Part shown: positions 37,309-47,996 of the stretch, in pieces | Layout: each line of letters opens with the position of its first letter | Numbering within the stretch: position 1 is the first letter of the stretch | Made by a program: the position numbers and the translations under genes | Notes under the pieces: generated by a model | Databases searched by the model: none | Seen by the model: the letters and a program-made list of their open reading frames with translations, nothing else | Told to the model about the DNA's origin: nothing | Assembly (NCBI GenBank): GCA_018675635.1 | Contig: JABGXU010000007.1 | Span: forward strand, 129,366-193,365 | Length of the DNA stretch: 64,000 nt | Direction of reading: 5' to 3' | From: Gammaproteobacteria bacterium | GTDB lineage: Bacteria; Pseudomonadota; Gammaproteobacteria; Poriferisulfidales; GCA-002705445

Positions 37309-37884
37309 ATGTTAAAAAAAGAAGATTTGTATAAATTAGAAGAGTATTCTGAAGAACGCAATAAGTTTAAAGAAAAGGTTTTAGAAGTAAAAAATAACAG
37401 ATCTGTTTTACTTGGAAAAAATATAAATTTATTATTTGAAAATTTAATAACAATAAAATATCAAATTCAAGAGATGTTAAGAATAGAGAAAATATTTGAG
37501 CCTGAAGCCATTCAAGAAGAGTTAGATACTTATAATCCTCTAATTCCAAACGGAAGCAATCTTAAAGCAACGATGTTAATAGAATACACTGATGTTTCAG
37601 AAAGAAGAGATTGGTTGCAAAAATTAAAAGGAGTTGAGAAAAAGATTTGGATTAAAATTGGTAGCAATGATCCTATTTTCCCATATGCAGATGAAGATTT
37701 AAAAAGAGAAGATGAGAACAAGACTTCTGCAGTTCATTTTTTAAGATGGGAATTAAAAAAAAGTGAAATCCAGGACTTTAAGAATGGAAATATATTGTCT
37801 ATGGGAGTTACTCATGCAGAGTATAATGCTTCACATATAATTTCAGATATAATAAGATCAGAGCTAGTAAAAGATCTCTTTTAG
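37309..37884 (+). CDS. DUF3501 family protein
   Basis: YQIQEMLRIE, YNPLIP, ATMLIE, TSAVHFL; third gene of the rubrerythrin cluster. Confidence 0.9.
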   Translation: MLKKEDLYKLEEYSEERNKFKEKVLEVKNNRSVLLGKNINLLFENLITIKYQIQEMLRIEKIFEPEAIQEELDTYNPLIPNGSNLKATMLIEYTDVSERRDWLQKLKGVEKKIWIKIGSNDPIFPYADEDLKREDENKTSAVHFLRWELKKSEIQDFKNGNILSMGVTHAEYNASHIISDIIRSELVKDLF

Positions 37885-37974
37885 TTAACAATTTCCCTAT
37901 AAAAGTTTATTAATCTAAAAAGAGATAAGTAAGAATATTTAATATATTATGCTTATTTATCATTCAATATACAC

Positions 37975-39222
37975 ATGAAAACAAGTTTAGAGCAGTATTC
38001 AAAAGAAGACCATGGAATATATCAAGATAATATAGATAAAGATGTTATTGAGATATCAGATGCTTTAATTAGTAATGGCTATCAGGCGTTTTTAGTAGGT
38101 GGCTGCATAAGAGATATTCTTTTAGGAAAAAAGCCTAAGGATTTTGATATAGCAACTGATGCTAACCCAGCAGAAATATGTAAAATTTTTAAAAATTCTA
38201 GAGTTATAGGAAGAAGATTCAAAATTGTTCATGTGTATACTTCAGAAAAAAAATACTTTGAGGTTACAACTTTTAGATCTGAAGCAAGTAAGAAAAATCA
38301 TAGTAATAAATTTAAAAAATCAAATGGTATGATTAAAAGAGATAATGTCTTTGGCACTATAAGCCAAGATGCATTTAGAAGAGATTTTACTGCAAATTCA
38401 TTGTACTTAGATTTAGATTCAGAAATTCTTCATGACTATGTAAACGGAATAAATGATATTAAAAATAAAAAATTAAAATTAATTAAAAAACCAGCGATAA
38501 GTTATCAAGAAGACCCGGTTAGAATGTTAAGAGCAGTGAGATTTGAATCTAAATTAGATTTAGAATTAACTGATGATTGCAGAGAAGCTATAAGTAAAAT
38601 GGCATATATGATAAATAATGTTTCGCCATTTAGGCTATTTGATGAAGTTTTAAAGATTATGCATTCTGGAAATGCTGTAACAGGGTATAAAAAACTTTTA
38701 AAGTTTAATTTATTTAAATATTTATTTCCGTATACACATGATATTATGGAAAAAAATCATATTTACGATGATTTTTTTGTAGCAGCATTAAAAAATACTG
38801 ATACTAGAATTAAAGATAACCTACATGTTAATCCCTCATTTATATATGCTGTATTTCTTTGGCCTTATTTTAAAAAATTAGAGCAAAAGTATTCCCAAAA
38901 AAATTCTTTAGGAGTTGACCTAGCTTTCCAAAAAACTATTGATTCACAAGCAAAATATATAGCAATACCAAATTTTTTCCAATCAACTATATCCACAATT
39001 TGGTCTCTTCAAGATAGTTTCTTAAATTTGAGCTCTAGAAATATACAGTATTTAACTAACTTACATAAATTTAGAGCTGCCTATGATTTTTTTTATATAA
39101 GATCTACAATGGATGATAATCTAAAGATATATGCAGACAAGTGGCATGAGATTCAAAAAAAGGTTGTAAGTAAGAAATCTAATCAAGATAAAAAGCGTTA
39201 TGGCAAAAGAAATAGAAAATAA
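37975..39222 (+). CDS. pcnB: Poly(A) polymerase I
   Basis: VGGCIRD, PKDFDIAT, IGRRFKIVHV, RRDFTAN, EDPVRMLRA, FRAAYDF. Confidence 0.95.
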   Translation: MKTSLEQYSKEDHGIYQDNIDKDVIEISDALISNGYQAFLVGGCIRDILLGKKPKDFDIATDANPAEICKIFKNSRVIGRRFKIVHVYTSEKKYFEVTTFRSEASKKNHSNKFKKSNGMIKRDNVFGTISQDAFRRDFTANSLYLDLDSEILHDYVNGINDIKNKKLKLIKKPAISYQEDPVRMLRAVRFESKLDLELTDDCREAISKMAYMINNVSPFRLFDEVLKIMHSGNAVTGYKKLLKFNLFKYLFPYTHDIMEKNHIYDDFFVAALKNTDTRIKDNLHVNPSFIYAVFLWPYFKKLEQKYSQKNSLGVDLAFQKTIDSQAKYIAIPNFFQSTISTIWSLQDSFLNLSSRNIQYLTNLHKFRAAYDFFYIRSTMDDNLKIYADKWHEIQKKVVSKKSNQDKKRYGKRNRK

Positions 39223-39730
39223 TATTAGAGAATTGTATGTAGGGATAGGAAGTAATTTAGAAAATCCTATTGTGCAAGTAAATAACGCAATAATAGCTTT
39301 AAAAAAACTTGATAAGTTTAATAGCATAAAGATTTCTAATTTCTACGAAAGCTCTCCTATGGGGCCTAGCGATCAAGATGATTATATAAATGCTGCAGTT
39401 ATGTTTAAGAGTGGTGGATCACCAGAAGATATATTATTATTATTAAAGGATATAGAATCCTCCATGGGGAAAGAAAAAAAATCAGTAAGGTGGTCAGAAA
39501 GAATTATCGACCTAGATATTATTTTATTTGGAGATTTAGTTTATCAATCAGATAACTTATTAATTCCACATCCAAATGCACAAGAAAGAGCATTTGTGTT
39601 ATTGCCTTTAATTGATATAAATCCTGATATATATTTACCAAAAAAAGGATATGCTAAAGACTTAATAAAAAATTGCTTATATAAAAATATTAAGCGTACT
39701 ATAAAAATTAATGAAAGATTTGATTTCTAA
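39200..39730 (+). CDS. folK: 2-amino-4-hydroxy-6-hydroxymethyldihydropteridine diphosphokinase
   Basis: GIGSNL, QDDYINA, RIIDLDII, IPHP, RAFVLLPL. Confidence 0.95.
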   Translation: MAKEIENNIRELYVGIGSNLENPIVQVNNAIIALKKLDKFNSIKISNFYESSPMGPSDQDDYINAAVMFKSGGSPEDILLLLKDIESSMGKEKKSVRWSERIIDLDIILFGDLVYQSDNLLIPHPNAQERAFVLLPLIDINPDIYLPKKGYAKDLIKNCLYKNIKRTIKINERFDF

Positions 39731-40367
39731 ATATATTGTGATTGAGGGTCCAATTGGTGTTGGAAAAACTAGTTTATCTAATAAACTAGCACTCGAATGG
39801 GATGCTGAACTAATTCTTGAAAATGTTGATGATAATCCATTTTTATCTAAATTCTATAAGAACCCAAGAGAAGTATCACTACAAACACAACTTTATTTTC
39901 TACTTACAAGGACTAGACAGGTTCAAGGTTTTAAGCAACAAGATATTTTTTCTAAAACTAGGGTGTCAGATTTTATGCTTCAGAAAGATAGATTATTTGC
40001 GCAAGTTACACTAAATACAGAGGAGTATGATTTATATGATCAGCTTTATTCATATATGACGGTAGATATTCCAAAACCAGACCTATTGATTTATTTACAA
40101 GCACCTGCAAATATTTTAATGAAAAGAATAAAAAAAAGGGGAAGAAATTTTGAAAAATATATTAATACTGAATATTTAGAAAAACTTAATTCAATGTATT
40201 TAAAATTTTTTAACTCTTATAACAGCTCACCCTTATTAATTGTAAATGCGGAAGATATTGATTTTGTTAATAACAAAATTGATTATAAAAATTTATTAAA
40301 CAAAATTTACTCTATAAAAAAAGGTAGGCATTATTTCAACCCATTAGCTAGCATTATTAATGAATAA
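39711..40367 (+). CDS. Deoxynucleoside kinase
   Basis: IEGPIGVGKTS, QLYFL, PDLLIYL, RIKKRGR. Confidence 0.92.
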   Translation: MKDLISKYIVIEGPIGVGKTSLSNKLALEWDAELILENVDDNPFLSKFYKNPREVSLQTQLYFLLTRTRQVQGFKQQDIFSKTRVSDFMLQKDRLFAQVTLNTEEYDLYDQLYSYMTVDIPKPDLLIYLQAPANILMKRIKKRGRNFEKYINTEYLEKLNSMYLKFFNSYNSSPLLIVNAEDIDFVNNKIDYKNLLNKIYSIKKGRHYFNPLASIINE

Positions 40368-41130
40368 AATAAAAGTAAAACTTAATAAATATATAAAGAA
40401 CAATGAACAAATTGTTTGCATAACTTGCTACGACGCATCTTTCTCAAAAATTTTAAATGATTTGGAAGTTGATATTGTTCTTGTAGGTGATTCTTTAGGG
40501 ATGGTAATAAAAGGCGAAGTAAATACTCATAATGTTACTATTAAGGAAGCTTTATATCACACAGCATGCGTTGCAAAATATAAGAAAGATTTCATATTAA
40601 TGGCTGATATGCCAATAAATTCTTATGATGATCCATCATTAGCATTAATAAATGCTAAAAAATTTATTGAGGAAAAAGTTGATATTGTTAAATTAGAATA
40701 TCAGGATAATCATGAAAAAGCAGTTAAGGAAATAATTAAAGCTAATATTCCTGTTTGCGGCCACCTTGGTTTTCTCCCACAATATGCTACAAAAAAAGAA
40801 GAAATTAAGATTTATGGAAAAAATAAGATTGAGCAAGATCATATATTAAGTCAGGCAAAAAAATTAGATAGTCTTGGAGTTAGTTTAATCCTTTTAGAGT
40901 GTGTATACCCAGAACTCTCCAAAATAATAACAGACTCTGTTAGCGTGCCCGTAATTGGTATCGGGTCAGGAGAAATGTGCAATGGGCAAGTTCAGGTTTT
41001 ATATGACATTATTGGTATATCAAATAATCCACCAAGATTTTCAAAAGATTATCTAAAGGGAAGTGATAACATAGCCAGTGCAATAAAAAATTTTTACAAC
41101 TATGTTAAAGCAATACAATACAATAAGTAA
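40360..41130 (+). CDS. panB: 3-methyl-2-oxobutanoate hydroxymethyltransferase
   Basis: LVGDSLGMV, ADMP, GHLGFLPQ, PVIGIGSG, GQVQV. Confidence 0.95.
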   Translation: MNKIKVKLNKYIKNNEQIVCITCYDASFSKILNDLEVDIVLVGDSLGMVIKGEVNTHNVTIKEALYHTACVAKYKKDFILMADMPINSYDDPSLALINAKKFIEEKVDIVKLEYQDNHEKAVKEIIKANIPVCGHLGFLPQYATKKEEIKIYGKNKIEQDHILSQAKKLDSLGVSLILLECVYPELSKIITDSVSVPVIGIGSGEMCNGQVQVLYDIIGISNNPPRFSKDYLKGSDNIASAIKNFYNYVKAIQYNK

Positions 41131-41132
41131 AT

Positions 41133-41960
41133 ATGAAAATTTTTTATTCAATTAAAGATTTTATAGATCACAAACTAGAAATTAATGTTTTTATTCCTAC
41201 AATGGGGAATTTACATAACGGTCATATGTCATTGGTAGAGCATGCAAAAAAATACTCAGATAATATTTGTGTTAGTGTTTATGTAAATGAAGATCAATTT
41301 ACAGAAAAAAAAGATTTTGAATCATATCCAAAATCATTAGAAAAAGATATTAATATGCTTAAAAAATCTGGTGCAACATATCTTTTATTACCAAAGAAGG
41401 ATGATATTAATTTTTTTTCAAAACCTTTTGATATTAAATTGGAGCCAAAAAATCTTACTTCAGATTTATGTGGAAAACATAGACCAGGGCATTTTCTAGC
41501 AGTAATAGATATTTTACATAGATTTTTTCAAATCATTAATCCTAAGCATGTTTTACTAGGAGAAAAAGATTTTCAGCAATTAATAGTAATAAATGAATTA
41601 ATAAAGATATGTAATTATGAAATTAATTTAATTTCTTCACCTATAATTAGAGATATAAAAGGATTGGCATTAAGTTCTCGAAATAATCACTTGTCTGAAA
41701 AAGAAAAAATAATTGCTCGTGATATTTATAAGAGTTTATTATTGGCGAAACAGATGTTTAATAATAATATTCCAATAAATGAAATCATAAAGGAAATTCA
41801 TAGAATATTTGATAAATCACCCATAAAACTTGAATATTTTACAATTAGGGATTCAAAAACATTGCAGGAGAGAAACGATAGTGATTTAATAGCACTAATA
41901 GCTGCATATGTTGGAAACATCAGGCTTATAGATAATATATTTATACGTTCTGGTACATAG
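41133..41960 (+). CDS. panC: Pantoate--beta-alanine ligase
   Basis: PTMGNLHNGH, RPGHF, GEKDFQQ, GLALSSRN, RLIDN. Confidence 0.96.
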   Translation: MKIFYSIKDFIDHKLEINVFIPTMGNLHNGHMSLVEHAKKYSDNICVSVYVNEDQFTEKKDFESYPKSLEKDINMLKKSGATYLLLPKKDDINFFSKPFDIKLEPKNLTSDLCGKHRPGHFLAVIDILHRFFQIINPKHVLLGEKDFQQLIVINELIKICNYEINLISSPIIRDIKGLALSSRNNHLSEKEKIIARDIYKSLLLAKQMFNNNIPINEIIKEIHRIFDKSPIKLEYFTIRDSKTLQERNDSDLIALIAAYVGNIRLIDNIFIRSGT

Positions 41961-41993
41961 GAACTGCTATTATTTAATATAAAGGGATAATTT

Positions 41994-42374
41994 ATGACTT
42001 TAACATTTTTAAAATCTAAGCTTCATGGGGCACACGTAACCCATTCAGAATTAGAATATGATGGTTCTTGCGCAATAGATAGCGATATTCTTGCTCAAGC
42101 GTCAATTCATGAATATGAAAAAATAGATATATATAATATTACGAATGGCGAAAGATTTTCCACATATGCGATTCTAGCGCAACCTGGTAGTGGAATAATA
42201 TCTGTTAATGGAGCAGCTGCGCATAAAGCGAACCCAGGGGATAAGTTAGTAATTTGCTCATATATTGATATTGAAGAAGATCAGATAAAAAAATATAAGC
42301 CTATATTAATATATCTTGATGCAGACAATAAAATAATTAAAAAAACTGCAAGCATAGCAATGCAGTTAGTGTGA
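41994..42374 (+). CDS. panD: Aspartate 1-decarboxylase
   Basis: KSKLH, YDGSCAID (Gly-Ser cleavage site), NGERFSTY, NGAAA. Confidence 0.97.
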   Translation: MTLTFLKSKLHGAHVTHSELEYDGSCAIDSDILAQASIHEYEKIDIYNITNGERFSTYAILAQPGSGIISVNGAAAHKANPGDKLVICSYIDIEEDQIKKYKPILIYLDADNKIIKKTASIAMQLV

Positions 42375-42386
42375 TTTAGTTCTAAA

Positions 42387-42749
42387 ATGAAAATAACAGG
42401 CAATAAAAATCATTTCTTAAACTTAGCTGAATTTCAAATAGATGGCAAAGCTGTTAAAGAAGATGATCGGTATGTAGTTAAAGACAATATAACTTTAAAA
42501 AATTTAGTATTAAGTAGCACACGTCTTAAATCTAAAAAAGAAACAACTGGCCATAATCATAGTGGGCAAGAAGAAGTTTATTTTTTTATTAGTGGGCAAG
42601 GTGAAATGCAATTAAACGATGACAAGTTTTCCGTAGATCCTGGTGATATTGTTTTAGTAAAAGATGATGTTTTCCATAAAGTTTATAATCCTAGTGATGA
42701 CGAAGAATTATACTTTATTTGCGTATTACACGGAGCTAGACACGAATAA
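42387..42749 (+). CDS. Cupin domain protein
   Basis: GHNH..QEEVYFF..G, PGD....FHKVYN metal-binding cupin motifs. Confidence 0.85.
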   Translation: MKITGNKNHFLNLAEFQIDGKAVKEDDRYVVKDNITLKNLVLSSTRLKSKKETTGHNHSGQEEVYFFISGQGEMQLNDDKFSVDPGDIVLVKDDVFHKVYNPSDDEELYFICVLHGARHE

Positions 42750-42765
42750 TATAAAAACTTTTAAC

Positions 42766-43833
42766 TTAAGAAATATTTAAGTTAGGAGTAGTTTGTTTCT
42801 TTATCGCCCAATTAATGTGCTCAATCAATACTGAATCTTTTATTTCTTTTTTCTTATTTTTTAAACTTTTAATATTATCAGAATTTATTTCAGCATTACC
42901 AATACCAACAGCTATATTTCTAAGCCATTGAAAATATGATATTCGATTTATTGAAGTATTTTTGGTATTTTCTTTAAACTCTTTTTCGCTCCAATTAAAT
43001 AAATTTATTAACGTTGGGGAATCAAGCTTATGTTTATGACTAAATTCGCTTACTTTTGTTTCAGTACTAAATTTATTCCAAGGGCAAACTATTTGACAAT
43101 CGTCACAACCAAAAATTCTATTACCAATACTATCTCTAAATTCCATAGGAATACTACCTTTTAACTCTATTGTTAGATAAGCAATACATTTTTTTGCATC
43201 AAGTACATAAGGCGCAATAATTGCATTAGTTGGACATATTTCAATACATTCGCTACATTCTCCACAATAATTTTTCGCTTTTTTATCTACTTCAAAATCT
43301 ATATTTGTATATATTTCTCCTAGAAAAAAATATGAACCATTATTTTTATTGATTAAATTTGTATTTTTTCCAATCCACCCTAGCCCTGCTTTTTGTGCAA
43401 TAGCTTTTTCTAGAACAGGAGCAGAATCTACAAATGCTCTATATTTAAAGTTGCCAATTTCATCATTTATTTTTTTTGCTATTATGTGAAGGCGCTCTCG
43501 TAATACAGAATGGTAATCTTTCCCAAGTGCATATCTAGAAATATAACCAAGATCTTTATTATTTAATACTTTTTCAGCAGCATATGTATCAGTTTTTCGA
43601 TAATTCATTCTAAAAGATATTATTCTGACAGTGCCTGGCATTAATTCATCTGGGCGAGATCTTTTTACGCCATGTTTCTCCATGTAGTGCATTTCTCCAT
43701 GAAATTTATTTTCTAACCAGTTTAATAAATGCGTTTCATCTTTTGCTAAATCTATGTCAGTAAACCCAATACCATCAAAACCAAGTTCTTGGCTCCATTT
43801 AATAATTTTATTTTTTAATAAATCTGATTTCAT
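42766..43833 (-). CDS. queG: Epoxyqueuosine reductase
   Basis: ISRYALGKDYH, VDSAPVLE, CGECSECIEICPT, GCDDCQIVCPWN, WLRNIAV. Confidence 0.96.
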   Translation of the reverse strand: MKSDLLKNKIIKWSQELGFDGIGFTDIDLAKDETHLLNWLENKFHGEMHYMEKHGVKRSRPDELMPGTVRIISFRMNYRKTDTYAAEKVLNNKDLGYISRYALGKDYHSVLRERLHIIAKKINDEIGNFKYRAFVDSAPVLEKAIAQKAGLGWIGKNTNLINKNNGSYFFLGEIYTNIDFEVDKKAKNYCGECSECIEICPTNAIIAPYVLDAKKCIAYLTIELKGSIPMEFRDSIGNRIFGCDDCQIVCPWNKFSTETKVSEFSHKHKLDSPTLINLFNWSEKEFKENTKNTSINRISYFQWLRNIAVGIGNAEINSDNIKSLKNKKKEIKDSVLIEHINWAIKKQTTPNLNIS

Positions 43834-43869
43834 CTAAGTTTTTTAAAATAATGTTGTTATAATTATACA

Positions 43870-45633
43870 ATGTGTGGAATTGTAGGCGAATATCTTTTTA
43901 ATCAGAATTATAGCAATCATAATATTGAAATACTCCTTGAAAAAGTAATAAAAAGGGGACCTGACTTTTCTGATATTTATACATCTGATTGTATTGCTCT
44001 AGGCCATTCTAGATTATCTATAATAGATTTATCAGAGGCATCTAATCAACCTTTTATTGATAGAGAAGCCAAAATGGTCATAGTTTATAATGGGTGTATA
44101 TTTAATTATAAGGATTTAAGAAATCAGCTTATTAAGAAAGGATATATATTTAAAACTACTGGCGACACAGAAGTAATTATAAAATCATATCAAGAGTGGG
44201 GATATGGTTGCTTAAAAAAATTTGAAGGAGATTTTGCTTTTGCTATTTGGGAAAGCGAATATAAAAAACTTTTTTTAGCTAGAGATAGATTTGGAGTAAA
44301 ACCCTTATATTTTTCTAATAATAGTAATTATTTTAGATTCGGGTCTAATATCCAATCAATTATTTCAAAAAAGGATGTTGATCTGATAGTAGATCCTATA
44401 GCAATGCACATGCATTTTTCATTACATTCTGTAGTTCCGGCGCCAAATACAATTTTTAAAAATATAAAAAAAGTTCCACCAGGACATTATTTAGTAATTG
44501 ATGAAAATAATAAATTAAATGTTAATGCTTACTGGAATTTAGATGCCTGTAGTCAACAAGATTTAATAAGCGATGAAAACATTGCTGTTAAAATTGTTAA
44601 AGAAAAATTAATACATGCAATTGAAAAAAGACTTTTGGCGTCTGATACCGACATAGGAGTTTTGCTTTCAGGAGGATTAGATTCTAGTTTAATAGTAGCT
44701 TTAGCAAAAGATCATTTTCCTAATTTAAAAACTTATAGCATTGGATTTGAAGATGATTTAGAAGAAAAAGGAAGCGAATTTTTTTATTCTGATCAAATTG
44801 TAAATAAATATAGAACAAATCATAAAAAATTTATAATTAACAATAATTCTGTACTTACAAGACTCCCTGAAACTTTTAAATCAATGTCTGAGCCAATGGT
44901 TGCTCAAGATGCTGTAGCTTTTTATTTATTGTCTGAATTAGTTAGTAAAGATGTAAAGGTTGTTTTGTCAGGTCAAGGAGCTGATGAGGGCTTTGCTGGA
45001 TATTTTTGGTACAAAAAAATGAGCTCAGAGTTAAATAATTATCATAATTTTTCTAAACATTATTTTGATAGAAATCATCAAGAGATAGAAGATTTGCTAA
45101 ATATAAAATTTAAAGAAGATCACTCATCTCAAATGATTAAGAAAAAATTTAAAGATATTAATTCTAAAAGTTTATTAGGAAATGTTTTGAATTTTGATAT
45201 TACTACTTTAGTAGTAGATGATCCTGTAAAAAGAGTTGATAATATGACTATGGCATGGGGTTTAGAAGCAAGAGTGCCTTTTTTGGATCATGAATTAATT
45301 GAAGCTTCTGTTAGAATAGACCCAAAATTACATATAAAGCGAAACGGAAAAAATATATTAAAGTCTATAGCTGACAATATTCTTCCTGAGGATGTAATTG
45401 ATAGAAAAAAAGGATATTTTCCTATGCCAGCTTTAAAGTATATAAGGGGGGAATATTATGAGTTTGTTTGTGATATTCTTAACTCTAGTAACTGTTATAA
45501 TAGAAATTTGTACAATAGGAAGCATATTAAAAGTTTATTAAGCAAGCCTAATGAATATAAAACCGCTATAGATGGGAATAAATTGTGGCATGTTGCTGCA
45601 ACAGAATTATGGTTTCAGCAAAATATAGATTGA
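43870..45633 (+). CDS. Asparagine synthase-like glutamine amidotransferase (resembles NAGGN amidotransferase)
   Basis: N-terminal MCGI, ARDRFGVKPLY, LLSGGLDSS, MSEPMV, SGQGADE, DDPVKRVDNMTMAWGLEARVPFLD. Confidence 0.85.
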   Translation: MCGIVGEYLFNQNYSNHNIEILLEKVIKRGPDFSDIYTSDCIALGHSRLSIIDLSEASNQPFIDREAKMVIVYNGCIFNYKDLRNQLIKKGYIFKTTGDTEVIIKSYQEWGYGCLKKFEGDFAFAIWESEYKKLFLARDRFGVKPLYFSNNSNYFRFGSNIQSIISKKDVDLIVDPIAMHMHFSLHSVVPAPNTIFKNIKKVPPGHYLVIDENNKLNVNAYWNLDACSQQDLISDENIAVKIVKEKLIHAIEKRLLASDTDIGVLLSGGLDSSLIVALAKDHFPNLKTYSIGFEDDLEEKGSEFFYSDQIVNKYRTNHKKFIINNNSVLTRLPETFKSMSEPMVAQDAVAFYLLSELVSKDVKVVLSGQGADEGFAGYFWYKKMSSELNNYHNFSKHYFDRNHQEIEDLLNIKFKEDHSSQMIKKKFKDINSKSLLGNVLNFDITTLVVDDPVKRVDNMTMAWGLEARVPFLDHELIEASVRIDPKLHIKRNGKNILKSIADNILPEDVIDRKKGYFPMPALKYIRGEYYEFVCDILNSSNCYNRNLYNRKHIKSLLSKPNEYKTAIDGNKLWHVAATELWFQQNID

Positions 45634-45655
45634 GATATATTAAACAGGAGAGGAT

Positions 45656-45970
45656 ATGGATGCTTTAGAAAGAATAAAAGAGCAGGTTGAAAATAATAAA
45701 ATAATAATTTACATGAAAGGCACTCCTCAGATGCCGCAGTGTGGATTTTCAAGCAGAACATCAGAAGCGTTAAAGCAATGTGGTTTTGAGTTTGCTTATG
45801 TGAATGTATTAATGGATCCAGAAATATTTCAAAATTTACCTAAGTTTGCTGACTGGCCTACTTTTCCTCAGGTTTATATAGATGGAGAATTAGTTGGGGG
45901 CTGTGATATTACAATAGAGCTTCATGAAAAGGGTGAATTAAAAAAAATGATAGAAGCCGTTACTACATAA
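45656..45970 (+). CDS. grxD: Monothiol glutaredoxin Grx4
   Basis: KGTP..PQCGFS, WPTFPQ, GGCDI. Confidence 0.97.
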   Translation: MDALERIKEQVENNKIIIYMKGTPQMPQCGFSSRTSEALKQCGFEFAYVNVLMDPEIFQNLPKFADWPTFPQVYIDGELVGGCDITIELHEKGELKKMIEAVTT

Positions 45971-47182
45971 ATGAAATATAATAATATCAAAAAAGTTGTT
46001 CTTGCTTATTCTGGAGGCTTAGATACTTCTATAATAGTGAAATGGCTGCAAGAAAATTATAGTTGCGAAGTTGTAACTTATACAGCTGATCTTGGGCAAA
46101 AAGGTGAGCTTGATTCTGCAAAAAAAAGAGCAAAGAAATTAGGCGTAAAGAATATATATCTTGATGATTTAAAGGAAGAGTTTGCCAAAGATTTCATTTT
46201 TCCAATGTTTAGAGCTAATACTCTTTATGAGGAACAATATCTTCTTGGGACAGCTATTGCTCGCCCACTAATTTCAAAAAAATTAATTGAAGTTGCAAAA
46301 GAATGTGGTGCAGATGCTATATCTCATGGCGCAACTGGTAAAGGAAATGATCAAGTTCGTTTTGAGCTATCTGCGTATTCATTGAATCCAGATATAAAAA
46401 TAATTGCTCCTTGGAGAGAATGGAATTTAAATTCTAGAGATAAGCTTTTATCTTATGCGTCAGTAAATAATATTCCAGTAGATATGGATAAAAATAATAC
46501 TGCCCCATATTCTATGGATGCAAATTTATTGCATATTTCATATGAAGGTAAAGTATTAGAAAATCCGTGGGTATCCCCTTCAGAAGACATGTGGAGATGG
46601 ACAACCTCACCACAAAATGCTCCAGATAAAGCAGAAGAGATAGAAATAGAATTTTCTAAAGGCGATCCTGTTGCTGTAAATGGTAAAAATATGAGTCCGG
46701 CAAATATTTTAGAATTTTTAAATAATGTTGGAGCAAAAAATGCTATCGGAAGATTGGATATTATAGAGAATAGATTTGTTGGCATGAAATCTAGAGGCTG
46801 TTATGAAACTCCAGGCGGAACAATAATTTTGCATGCTAGAAGAGCTATAGAATCTGTTACATTAGACAGAGAAGTAGCACATCTTAAAACAGAATTAATG
46901 CCTAAATATGCAAATATTATTTATAATGGTTTTTGGTGGAGTCCAGAAAGATTAAATTTACAAAAATTTATAGATTCTACCCAAGAATCAGTTAATGGTT
47001 ATGTAAGATTGTCACTTTATAAAGGTAACGTGATAATTGAAGGAAGAAAATCAGAAACAAATAGTCTTTACAACCCAGATCTTGCTACTTTTGATGAAGA
47101 TCATGGCGTGTATGATCAAAAAGATGCTGATGGTTTTATTGCATTAAATGCATTAAGACTTAAAAATAGAGTAAAAAACTAG
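45971..47182 (+). CDS. argG: Argininosuccinate synthase
   Basis: [34 protein letters not shown]. Confidence 0.98.
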   Translation: MKYNNIKKVVLAYSGGLDTSIIVKWLQENYSCEVVTYTADLGQKGELDSAKKRAKKLGVKNIYLDDLKEEFAKDFIFPMFRANTLYEEQYLLGTAIARPLISKKLIEVAKECGADAISHGATGKGNDQVRFELSAYSLNPDIKIIAPWREWNLNSRDKLLSYASVNNIPVDMDKNNTAPYSMDANLLHISYEGKVLENPWVSPSEDMWRWTTSPQNAPDKAEEIEIEFSKGDPVAVNGKNMSPANILEFLNNVGAKNAIGRLDIIENRFVGMKSRGCYETPGGTIILHARRAIESVTLDREVAHLKTELMPKYANIIYNGFWWSPERLNLQKFIDSTQESVNGYVRLSLYKGNVIIEGRKSETNSLYNPDLATFDEDHGVYDQKDADGFIALNALRLKNRVKN

Positions 47183-47265
47183 TACTGTACATATTCATAT
47201 AGGAAGTTTATCATTAAAAAAAATGAAGTATATTTCCTTACATCTTACATATAATAGGAGAAACA

Positions 47266-47994
47266 ATGAGGCATTTGAAAGTATTTGTTATTGGGTTAGC
47301 AGCTATTTTAGCTAGTGGATGCGCATCTGTTACTGGAAGCTCATACATGTCAGATCCAAACGACCCATGGCAAACTGTTAATAGACCTGTATTTGCTATT
47401 AATGATGCTTTTGATCAAGGATTATTTAAACCTCTTGCGGAAGGATATAATGCTATTACTCCAGAGCCAATTCGCAATGGAGTTACAAATTTCTTCTCAA
47501 ATTTAAATGAACTAGATAACGTAATAAATAATTTTTTTCAAGGAAAAATTACTGAATCTGCAACATCTTTAGGCAGATTTGTAGTTAATTCAACTATAGG
47601 AATTGGTGGTTTATTAGATGTTGCATCTAATATTGGTTTAGAAAAAAGTAGAGAAGACTTAGGACAAACTTTAGGTGTTCTTGGAACAGGTTCAGGTCCA
47701 TATGTAGTATTACCATTATTAGGATCTAGTAGCGTTAGAGATATTCCAGGAAGAGTATTATCAATGTATTTAAATCCACTTGCTTGGTTAGATGATATTT
47801 CATTTAGAAATATTATGGTTGGTATAAATGCGGTAGATGATAGATCAAACTTATTAGCAAAAGAAGATATTGCTAAAGAAATATCAAATGATAAATATAC
47901 ATTATATAAAGATGCTTATCTGGAAGAGAGAGAATTTCAAGTTTTAGATGGCAATTTAGATGACTCTGATCTTACTAAAGATATTGCTGATTAA
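47266..47994 (+). CDS. mlaA: VacJ/MlaA lipoprotein
   Basis: Lipobox LASGC, DPWQTVNR, RFVVNSTIGIGGL, EDLGQTLG, GPYVVLPLLG. Confidence 0.94.
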   Translation: MRHLKVFVIGLAAILASGCASVTGSSYMSDPNDPWQTVNRPVFAINDAFDQGLFKPLAEGYNAITPEPIRNGVTNFFSNLNELDNVINNFFQGKITESATSLGRFVVNSTIGIGGLLDVASNIGLEKSREDLGQTLGVLGTGSGPYVVLPLLGSSSVRDIPGRVLSMYLNPLAWLDDISFRNIMVGINAVDDRSNLLAKEDIAKEISNDKYTLYKDAYLEEREFQVLDGNLDDSDLTKDIAD

Positions 47995-47996
47995 AT

